Assembly (NCBI GenBank): GCA_040954595.2
Contig: CM082576.2
Span: forward strand, 3,694,760-3,758,759
DNA: 64,000 nt
Reading direction: 5' to 3'
From: Balanoglossus misakiensis
Taxonomy: Eukaryota; Animalia; Hemichordata
Below, one piece after another: positions 53,190 to 64,000 of this stretch (position 1 is its first letter; each line of letters opens with the position of its first letter). A model generated the notes under the pieces. That model ran no database searches, was not told where the DNA came from, and saw nothing but the letters and a program-made list of their open reading frames with translations. The position numbers and the translations under genes are program-made.

Positions 53190-54364
53190 ATTGAAGTATC
53201 AGCGTGCCTGGCTGGATATCGGAAGAACACTTTCGGGTTATCTACCCTGAAATGAACAAGAATTAAGTCTATATGTCGAGAGCAAACTTCTATCTTTGTT
53301 TTATGGGATTATAAAATGTATAAGAATCTCATCTGAGCAGAATGTACTCCCCTTCCACAGTATTTGTCATTCTGGTTTGTTCACACAATGGAGCAGTTAC
53401 GACTTTCTCCTCATGCATATAAAGCAAATGTTGCTCGCGCCTTACATATTCTAACCGTCTGCAATGATCCGACCAACCAGTTGATTTTCAAATGGCACAA
53501 TGTTATAACAGGTCATCAATGTTTCTCGTCAACAGGGGTATTCAGACCTCTTCTTGATCTCGTTTACTTTAGATTTGAACATTTCGTAGCAACGTAGATA
53601 TGAAATAGATAGCCTCTAGGGCTACTGCAGAATGCAATCCATTATTATACGATCTTGCAAAAGACGTCCCGGCATGTCTCTGTCAAAGGCCAGCTTAAAC
53701 AAGGGGACGAAGTGATGGCACCTAACTAGATAATCACAGCACCTAGACTTCCAAATTAATTACATTTTTTCCGCACCGGTGGTTTGACTGTACATTTATA
53801 TTTTAAATATTTCCGTTGATCATAACTGAACGATATCTGCGGCATGATGAATACACCCTATACCTAAACCATTGGTATCTCTGCACGTCACGTTAAAGAG
53901 ATGATTGGGTCGCTGATGGATCAAAGAACAAAGAGTTGCCAATCATTCAGAAGCTGGCTGCAAATCTCGAAAAAAACATCGCACCCGCATTTGCCAAGTC
54001 GTAGACGTTTGGAGACTAAATCACGTCATACCTTTGTCCTATGGGTTATACTAGATCGATAATGTCCGAGTAAGCTGGCACGGGCGCCGATATTTCTGCT
54101 ACCCGCACTCCCCCAACAGAAATGTGCCAATGATTATGTTCCCTGGCAGTAACATGCCCCGTTTTAATACAACGGACCAAAGTCCAGACTACAGCCTTCG
54201 CACGCGTCTTTAGGATCAAATACTGGATGTTGAATTTCATGCCACACAGACATCATGGGTGAATGTCCCCACATAGATAACACCTGTTGGCCATGCGTTG
54301 AAGATCGTAGTCACGTGATAATCGCATCGATCTTTTTTTTCGAACCGCGGATGGCAATATTTGT

Positions 54365-54378
54365 GTTGCGATGGTAAC
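54365..54378. promoter_or_regulatory. Near-palindromic RFX X-box upstream of Roco2
   Basis: GTTGCGATGGTAAC. Roco2 has a 5'UTR splice acceptor near 53247, so its TSS lies further upstream. Confidence 0.55.
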
Positions 54379-55870
54379 CGCATACCGATGTGTATACCGT
54401 GAACAATGCTGAGCCGGTACGTGTGTTTCAGTTAAGGTTAATCACCAGCGGGCGCTCTACACTCCCGGATCCAGTGGTGATCGTGATCCGAACATGTTAC
54501 CCTTAGAAACGGCACACGCAATACTACCATAAAACGGAATATCTGAACTTTATAGTTATATAGTGGGCACTCGAAACTAGATTTGACCGCAAATATGCAA
54601 ATTAAAAGTATGCTGACATATCACACACACTGAGAAAGCCTTCACCAAATTCGGTCTGGATCCTTTGCATCAGGGAGGACCCCAAGACGTCGACGAGTGT
54701 ACCCACCTGATCCACCTTTTAGTTACAAGATAATTTTACATTGTAGCATAGTAAACGAAATCCCAGCACAACTGTTTTCAATGTGTTTTTATTACTGCAG
54801 TGCCACAGTGTAGAATACATGATAACGCTACGAAACAAAAATAAGTAAAGTTATGATAAATGATATGGAAATATCTTAATTTGCAGTATTTCAGCGATTT
54901 GTCATATCTGGTACACTGTTGTCAATGTACATGACTATTACACATAAGCCTCAGAATGATTTCATATTGAGAATACAAATATGCATCATGATTAGACTCA
55001 GACATTTCTGTAGAAGATACATCACAAGGGAAATTTGTAGTATTCTATTTAAAAACATGCAACAATGAAGTGTACTATCGGCCAACTGCTAGTATCAATA
55101 AATACATTTAAAGTCCTATACATCAGCACTGCACCAGTAGTAAGAAGCATTTGTTGAATTGAAATTATAACACAGGGACTGGGTGATTTTTTTTAAATGT
55201 TCATTAGAGACATGTAATCAGAGTGCAAAATAGCTTTGAAAACTGGTGGTGCTATGTTAGATACAACAAACCAGTCTCTCTTCTTCTTACTACTTTTCCC
55301 TATGGTAACAGGCAGCGGCCATTTTAACTACTTTCTTCAAAATGCACGTAATAAGAATGTGATTCATTCATTTGTTTCATCGCAATAAATAAATCAAAAT
55401 GTGCTATGTAAACATACAGCCTACAGGGAAATACTTTTCATGAGTTAGACGGTCAAAACCTCTCATGGCATATATTGCAACACACTTCGTCCACTGAATC
55501 TGTTAAGATTATTGTCATGGAGTGAGGCATGTCTTATTTCTTACACCAATACAGCGAAAATGCAGTGTCCCTAAAACAGAATATAAGTTTCATTGTTAAT
55601 CCCTCTATATAACTTTACATGAATTATGGATACTTTTTTCAGATCATCAATGAGTTTGCTGAATCAGTAGCAAACCACACAGCCTCACACGGCACACTGC
55701 TTGCGACTGCAACTGTTTGTATTGTCACAATGAATACACATGATTTTATATGAAGGGCAGCACAACAATTTAAATATCACAACATTTAGACCATAAACTT
55801 CAGCATCTTGGGGGTATTTCAGATACAAAAAGTGTAAATAACAGTCAGTCTTCTCATGGGTGGGTCGGTG

Positions 55871-57826
55871 CTAATTTGATGAGTGTTTCATCTTCTTTTC
55901 TCTGGGTCTACGTTTCTTGGTGGCAGTTGTGGTGGCGGTCGCGGTGACATCGTCCTCCGCTTTCCGTTTGTGACCCACCGCCGTTTCTGACTTGGCCGTG
56001 GCCACCTGACTCAGCTTGCTGATCTCGGCGGTCAGGCCCTCGAACTTGTGATCGTACTCCAGGAACTTTCTGTTCATTTCGTTCAGCTTTTTGTGCTGAT
56101 CGCTCAGCTTGCTGTTGAGTTCGTTGATGACCTGCTCCTGGCGCTGCGACTTCTTCTCCAACTCGCAGTATTTCTTCCGCTGCTCCATCAGCATGCGCCT
56201 GTGCTCCAGGAACTCCTTCTTGAAGAGCAGCTGGTTGTTGACGCTGGCTTTCAGCTGCGACTGCACCCTCAGCACGTCCTGGCGCCGCGCCACTGCGTTG
56301 CTTGAGCCGATAGCAATGCTTGTGGATGTGCCTAAGAAGAGAATGTACCCAAACTCCCCAGTCAAGACACCCATTTTACCATAAACCCCTGAATACAGTC
56401 AAGTAATACAGTCGATCTGTCAGCACAACACACGGCAGTTTTCTTTCCTGAAGGACAATACCCACAAAAGAGTCCACAATGTTTGTATGGATTTATGTCA
56501 GAGCAACAGCCAGACAATACAAGTTGTACCGCACTACTAACCTGGACAGGGATGTTTTATTATAAATTCTGAAGAGTTGGTCATCTTTTTCTTGAGGGTG
56601 GGAACAATTTTCTCATCAAAGTATTCCATGGACATAGAGGAAATGTCTCGTAACTCTTGAAGCAGTTCATGGGCTCTGGGTGGGTTGGGTGTCTTTTTGA
56701 TATACTCAATCAGCTGTGTGATCTCATCAAGCACCTGGTAAAGGAGACACAGTCATTGTTAGGTTACATGTTTTTTCCATTTCGAAAATTAATACTCGGA
56801 TAGATATTTTCCTGAATAAAGTCACACATGGTGCAGTTCTGCTCATCAATGGACAATGCCACAGAAAAAAGCACACATCCAAAAACACATTTAAGAAGCA
56901 TTCAACACAGCAGCCATAATCCATCTATTGGAGGAAGAACTGTGGAAAAGGGGTTACCGGTAGTTCATTTAAAGTCATTTTATTTTGTTAAGGTAATAGT
57001 AATACTACTAGTGCCATTTTCTGCCTCACCTTTCCAGGTATAAAACAGCACAGGTTCATATCCACATACTTCATGAATGTCATACCCAGTAATGAGAGTC
57101 TGGTCTCGATGGCTGCCAGTATATCACAGTGTCTTGACAACGGGTGATTCCTTCTTTCAGACTCCCTCCTTGGTAGCCTAGCTTTTAAGTCTTTCTGATA
57201 CTGGGAGTGGAATCTATCAACCTTGTGGTAGCCTTGGTTCAAAAGATCCTGACAGATTTCATCAAATGTCTTACAGACCTGAGAATTATTGCAGATAAAA
57301 AGAGACACTGTGAAAGATGGTAAGCTCATGTGATTGCGGGTTCTGTGGCCATGTGGTATATATCAATCAGCAGCAGCCAACTTTGAGAGCTTATATTTGC
57401 ATATTCTCAAAAGAAGTTTTCAAAACAAGTGCATGATGGAGTGACGCTAAAATAGGCATGCAGATAATAATCATCCTCCGAGTAAAGACTGTCCAGCTAT
57501 AAAGCATGATGCATTCTTGGACATTGGTCGTTTCGACATCAAAGGTTGTGGGACGTAGATAAAGTGACGGGCTTTCACCGTAAACACTAGTGCATTTGCA
57601 CAAACAAACAGCGAATGTGTATCATGCATCATATGCGTTGCCGATTAACATTTTAGTCATTTCAGTCTCCAACATCAACATTTCAAAGAATACTAACCAA
57701 TCTCAGCTCACTGACTTCTTCATACGATAAATAACCCATAATGTGACGCATTATTTCCACTGGAAGTGTTAGAAACTGTGAATAATCTTCAGACGACTCT
57801 GGCTGCGACTTGCTGGTGGACGCCAT
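55871..57826 (-). CDS. FBXO28: F-box only protein 28
   Basis: Exons 57826-57698 (F-box LTLPVEIMRHIMGYLSYEEVSELRL), 57278-57030 (LPRRESERRNHPLSRHCDILAAIETRLSLL..CCFIPGK), 56734-56542 (RAHELLQELRDISSMSMEYFDEKIVP), 56331-55871 (coiled coil, basic tail). Confidence 0.96.
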
Positions 57827-58734
57827 ATTTCTCCTTAATTAGACTCCCTAAGTTATTGACAAATTTCGTCTCAACTTCAGTATAGAACTCCTCAGCTCAA
57901 CAATTAAAATCCCCTGGGCTGAGTATAGAACAGTCCGGCCAGAATGCGACGTTCTCTTGATGTTTGCATGGTCATTTTCTAATTTATCTATTCATTTACG
58001 AATAAATAAATGTAGCAAATACCAGCATACATAATGAGTTATACTGATCTGGGCACTGTTTGTGTGTTCTGGCCACATTTGATGCTTTTATGACTTAACC
58101 AAACATCATCACCTTGATAAAAAATGTTGAACTTTCGTTACTCATCTTCACATTTCACTTCACCTAAAGAGGCATTATAATAGTCTCCTGGACAGTGATT
58201 TTCGAGAATAAAACTGTTTTGATTTAAAGGTTTACATAAAAAGGTGTATGGTATCATTGACTAAACAAGTGCCACCACAAATTTTAATGTGCATTCATTT
58301 CCAAAGTGCACAGACACAGGTCAAAAAAGTTATTGTCAAATAAAGGCGAAAACTGCTACAAAGTAATAACACGACTAAAAAATGTCACAATAAATTTATG
58401 TTTATTTTCTTGAATGTAAAAATAAACAAAAACGAGTGGGAAAATTACACAATTTTCAAGTTTCAAAGTATGGGGGAGGGGTTCAGGGTGTAGACATCAC
58501 TTTGTCCCCTTTTTGTAATAGGTGAAGCTCGAACAAAGGGAATGTCAATTTCAAACAACATTATCAGCATGCAAAAAAAGCCATCATACAAGGCATTGGC
58601 ATTTGCTGCTTTCTGAACATAATTATGGTAAGTATAAACATTATACAATATATTGCTTTCTGGACATCACCTATCAACACCAGTATAACGCTCAAAATAA
58701 ATCTCTTCAGTCAAAATTTAAAGTATACAGACAC

Positions 58735-61700
58735 TCATTTTGTTGGGTTTATTTTTCTAAAGCTGTACTTTCTTTGGCTCTGTGAATTGCCATTTGATGA
58801 ACTTTGTTGAGTTGTTGGAATCGGAACTTTTCTGGATATCTGCTTTGACTGGGATAGTTTGATTTTCTGTTGTCTTCTTTGCAGAGCTTCTTTCTTCTTC
58901 CTTTCTATTTCTTCAGGAGTGCAACGCTGAGAGCTGCTTTCACCTGAAACAAAACACGAAAGTGGAATTAAAAGATAAATTTACAAAGCAAAATGCCAAA
59001 TGCACATCCACCAGTTTAGACAGTGTCACACATTGGATGGGGCAATATCTTGAAACCTGCCTACACTCAATACTTCTACAGCAGACAAAGCACGAAATAG
59101 ATGCTGACAACCAACAGTCAGACAGGCCAGTAAATGTACAATGTACTAACTACTAGTATGCAACACAGTCCTGAAAAATTGAAATTTATGCGAGTGATTA
59201 TTTGCATCCACTGAAAATCAAAGTTTTTAAAGAAGATGGATGAGGATGACACCTTACCTTGACTATTTGAAAATCCTACTCTGTCAGCTTGGGTGGTTTC
59301 CTTCCGTCCATTATTGTTGTGCTCCAATTTGCCTCCTGTACCCTGTGTAATGTCTTTCTGATGTGATTTTGCGTTAGGCTGGTTAGAATTTGTTCTCTGT
59401 TGTGTCTTTTGGTTGTTATTACCGAGAGGTCTGTGGTAACTGCCTGTTGCAGTTTTTGTACCAACAAAAGTGGTCGCCACTGATTGTGGTTTGATACAAG
59501 TTCTACTGTTTGTGGCGGTCACTGTGGTTGGCTGATCAACATAAACAGTTGGTTTCCTCTCGTTCAGATCTCCAGATGCAATATGATTTGGGATGAAGGT
59601 GTGTTTCGACGAACTTCCTTTTTGGTAATTTTGTCCACCTGAATGGTTTGGCACATCATTCCTGACCAGTGGTTTACTGTTAACATCAGAGATGTTATTT
59701 GAATCCTTGGATAAATCCTCTTCAATGTCCCACGAGTCGTCTTGTTCCATCAGTTTCAAAAGATCATCCTTGGTCAAGCTGAGATCATAGTCAACATTTA
59801 TGGGGCTTGCCACGGCATGCTTTGCTGCTGGTGGTTTACCCCTGTCCTGTGTGCGAACAGGTGAAGCGTTTTTCACAATATTGGCAGTTGTGGTTAGCTG
59901 GTTTGGAGAAGTCTTCAATGGCTGTACAGTTTGGTGGGCAGCACTCTGACCTTTCATTCCTTTGTTACATGCACTTGTGCTGTTCACTTTTGGAGTCTGG
60001 CCTAAAGTTGCTGTCTGACAGTTTTTGCTTCTTGCCATGCTTGGAGGCTTGGTGCTTGTAAACTGGGCTGATTTAGCACTTGTTTGCCCAGTCAATGGCT
60101 TCACGTTTGACACAGTACCTGGTTTGGCAGTGAGTGCAGCTTGTGGCCTGGCGGGATGGCCCATGGGCGTACTCCGTGTGCCAATGCTGATGCTCTGATT
60201 AACTGTGTTCTGAATGCCTGGATGAGATTTCATCTGATTGTTTGGTACACCTGGTTGAGGCTTGATGCCCACACTGCTTGGCACACCTGGCTGAGGTCTG
60301 ACTACTCCCTTGCTACTGGGTACACCTGGCTGATGCTTAGCACCCTGATAGCCAATCACACCTGGCTGAGATGTAGTGTTTGGAGTAGTACTCTTCTGAA
60401 ATTGGTTTGTAACCGTCTTGGAACTTTGTGAAGCAGCCAAAGTCACCGATGCTGAATGTGTAAAACTTCTCGTCTGCATTCTGGGGGAATTTAATCCTTT
60501 ACCAGTGAGGGGTTTCTGTTGAGATTTGTTGATGGTCATGGCTGTGTAACTCTGCACTGTTCCACGATTGATGGGCTGCTGTATGGCTCGATTGGCGGAC
60601 CCAGTTACAAAACCCTGCCTTGCCGTAACAGTAGCTGGAGTTGGCTGTGGTATGGCTTTATTGGTAGGCCCAGCTTGATAACCTTTCACCCCTGAGCTAG
60701 CCAGACACTCCTGGCGTGGTTTGTTCCCTAGCCCAACAGTTTGTCCTTTAGTGGACGTAGAGTTCAACACCTTTGAATTGAACTGATATGTTCTGTGCGG
60801 CTGTGTCGTTGATGTTGTATTCCTGGAGCTCATGTTCCCTGCGTTACTTTTCATTCTATCTACATTAGTGTTTCTCCTTTCACTTTTGTTCTTGTTTGTC
60901 AGTGGTGTGCTTGTTACAAGTCTACAATTTGCTGCAAAATCCTCACTCTTTCCCTGACGTTTTTCTTCCATCTGAGAACACTGAATTTCAATCTGCGTTG
61001 CTTGTCTGAGAAAAGAATCGTCACAGAAAAAGTCATCATCATCCCACAGCTCATCCTGGGATGGCGAGTTTAGTTTCACTGTTTTATTTGAAGTTGAATT
61101 CTTGCACTGTGCTTTGCTGTCCAAGGAAATATCAGTTTCCTTCTTCCCTTCTTTGTGGCCGATTCCTTTCTCACACTGCAGGGCAGTCGTTTTGTCGACA
61201 GAGTTGTCAACCTCAGCCTCGCCAAACAGATCCAATGATTCATTTGGGCAATTCTGTGATAGCTCTTGTCTATTCTCTACGACATTCCTGTTCTTCTCTT
61301 TATCACCACCACCACCATCATCGTCACTGATTTCAATCACTACACCAGGATCACCTCGGGGTTGATCAGTGTCACTGTTGACCGCCGAGGTACTGTGTAT
61401 GAAAAGTACAAACATCACTTTGGTGTACACAAAGATAGTTTGGTTCTTATCCATTATTTCTAATTATAGAGTTGGTCATCTTCAGATGTAAAATGACAAG
61501 GAAGGGTTCAAAAACAGAATAACATTTAATGCCTACACACCTATGAGATACTGCGTCATCATCGTCTTCTTCTCCCTTATCCATCAACTCTTGTGCCTCT
61601 GTTTCCTCTATAAGCTTCTTCATATACTTAGTCACTTGTGAGGATCTGATACTTGTGGGCTTTCCACTGAAGATTTTCCTTTTGTTTCTACATTTTAGTC

Positions 61701-62957
61701 AAGAATATTTAACAAAAATAAGTTATTTGTTCAACAGAGATTACAGTAAATGGTACTGGTAAATGATACTCTTTACACATACCTCCTTCTGACTGGTGTG
61801 GTCTGATTGATAGGTTTAATAACCCCTGATTTTCCAACCACATCAACAGATTCACAGGTCCCTCCACTGTCTTTACTCATCCATACACCAAGCAATGTTG
61901 GAGTACTTGGTCGACCGCTGTTCGCTGATTCCTGTGGAAAGAGAAAAGATAAAGCTAAGACTATAACAAACAAAAAAGAACATCACATTTTTTCTTAAAG
62001 GATGAGATCATACACCTTGATGCTTTTACTTGACACTTCTACTTCAAGAACGTACATTTACTATCGTATGCCTGTGTAAGAACTACCTCACAACTCAATG
62101 AAAAATATGGTGGTCTGATTTACCTCAGAGTTGCTACAAGCTCCTGTTATTCTCTTTACAATTTCAGAGACATCGCTTACATGCTGGCCCTTCTTTCTTG
62201 TTCTGCTAGCTGTACCATTTATGAAATAGGGCAAGAATATGTGCAGACAGAAAGATAAATTTAACAATAAATTATTTGGGAGAACAAACTTTGCTGAACA
62301 ATGCATTTCAAAGGTAATAATCATGCAAGGTAAATGTATTTTGGTCTGCAGTTGGAAGGAAAACAAATACTAGTGACGTACAACAGATGGCATGCTGATA
62401 TACACACGGTGTTATCACTTACCCAAACGCGAACATTTCATGGGTGATGGTGAGTTGTTGTCCCATGTGATTTCTGGCTCTCCGTCGAATGAAGTGTTCA
62501 TTGATTCATTCAAGTTAAACCCAGGCGTCCTTCCTGCAGAGAAAATGATATGGCCATGGCCCGGGAAAATTATTTATACGTACTTTCATTTGAAAGAGTC
62601 AAATAAAATGTCCAAAGGGTGGGAATTTGTTTTTAAACAAATGATGTCAAGAGTCACCTGGGGAGAATGCACATGTTAATAACATTTACCAATACAGCTG
62701 GGTGTGAAATTAATTAGACGCCGGGTGAAAACCACAAACAACATCACCGTGTCAAGGGGTCAAAATTAAACGTACCCATTAAGAACCTAGTTCTTCTACG
62801 AGGGGTCTTTTCGCCGTAGGAACTGCGTCTTTTCCTCAACGGGAACGCTTCTCGGATACTCATCTTGTCCAAATAACATAACTACAGGAGAAAGACGCGG
62901 AAAATGAGTAGATTCGCAGGACAAAATAAGAAATTAACACCCCACGCATTCCGCCAT
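58735..62957 (-). CDS. ETAA1: ETAA1, ATR activator
   Basis: Exons 62957-62946 (tentative), 62881-62776, 62533-62423 (ATR-activation motif EITWDNNSPSP), 62209-62124 (DVSEIVKRI), 61931-61783 (LLGVWM), 61666-61541, 61392-59258 (WDDDDFFCDDSFLRQATQ), 58943-58735 (RPA-binding motif CTPEEIERKKKEALQRR). Confidence 0.87.
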
Positions 62958-63031
62958 GTTCAAACTATGCCGCCTCGATTTGAATGCCTATGTTTTGATT
63001 GGTCAACTATAAAGGTCAACGGGGTCACCTT

Positions 63032-63046
63032 CTGCAGAGGGCGCTA
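63032..63046 (+). promoter_or_regulatory. CTCF-like motif upstream of ETAA1
   Basis: CTGCAGAGGGCGCTA resembles the CTCF core. Confidence 0.35.
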
Positions 63047-64000
63047 TTTTGAATGGAACCCCTGATGATCAGCTGATCTGTCACCTGATCCAAGGCTTGA
63101 CCTCAAACCTTCCAAAATACGAGGGAAAACCCTTGAAAACAGGATTTCTGAGAATCAACAAGGCGATCGAGGGAAAGGAAGTGCAAGCAACAAATTTTAA
63201 CACCACTGTAAACTATCGGACTCATGCTTCATTCACCATCTGCCGATTTGAAACTTTTCTTAGGACGATTTTAGCGAGACACTGTTTGAAATACCGGAAC
63301 GGCGGCAAGTTTGAGAATAATATACGTGTGGAACGTAAACAAAGCTCTGATCTGGTGGACCCGAGCCTTGATTGGAAGTGCAAGTGAGGTATACCGTGAG
63401 GAAACTGAATAACAGGAGCCATGAAACTCGTCGTGTACAACGAAATCCTCGAATTGATGCACGCTTGCGGGACTCGAGAATGTTTGAAAACAATTGCCAA
63501 GCAATATCCCGAGTTAGTATCAATTTTGTTTTATTTCAATGCAATGATTGTTGTTAAGTTCAGAGATCTGTGGTGAAAAGAGTTTTCCGATGCATCAAGG
63601 AGAAGGTATATGTACCTGGGCATTGATTGAACCACTGAGGTACCAAAGGCACTTCAGTTTCTATGAATGAGTACCCTTCTAAGTTTGACCCCTCCCCCCT
63701 CAAATGTTTAACCCTAGTCACTTGAACCATGGATGTAGTGTACACTTCCATGTTTGAACCCTTCTCATTGCAAATTGGCTCAAGCAACTTGATCAACCTG
63801 GTTGAATTCTTTACTATGTTGAATATGATGATCAAGCTGCTTGCATCAATTCCAACTGAGAATGTGTCCAACTATGGTCCAAACAATTTTACCACAATAC
63901 AATTAAATAAACTTACATGTATTACAACTGTGACATCCCCAAAGCTGATTGATTATATATTGTACAGACTGTGAGACAGGCAGAGATAATTTATATACCC

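Noticed and set aside
38332-54455. CTCF-like motifs (38332, ~38738, 54442) as insulators of the Roco/ninjurin cluster
   Set aside because: The matches are imperfect and expected by chance at this length without ChIP data.
63049-63974. ORFs right of the ETAA1 promoter as a divergent gene
   Set aside because: No recognisable domain or consistent exon chain within the window.

Overview
Animal genomic DNA with GT-AG introns, probably from an invertebrate deuterostome (hemichordate/echinoderm-like; this is an inference). Conserved housekeeping genes lie at both ends: TTC8/BBS8 (5' part, minus strand) on the left, FBXO28 and ETAA1 (minus strand) on the right. Between them is a ~48 kb island of locally duplicated, divergent genes: two type-I receptors with a small Cys-rich ectodomain and a ZU5-UPA-death domain tail; an IL-17; four divergent PRD-like homeobox genes, two of them an inverted pair; a secreted 3x WxxW/CysD protein; and a duplicated unit made of an LRR-Roc-COR-death domain gene followed by ninjurin-like gene(s). 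The Roc proteins have myristoylation-type N-termini and degenerate GTPase motifs, and the ninjurins carry an extra ~80-aa N-terminal domain. This Roco-ninjurin unit is the best candidate for an undescribed sensor/membrane-rupture system. All exon structures were derived by hand from splice signals and reading-frame continuity. No database searches were run, so family calls rest on recognised motifs.
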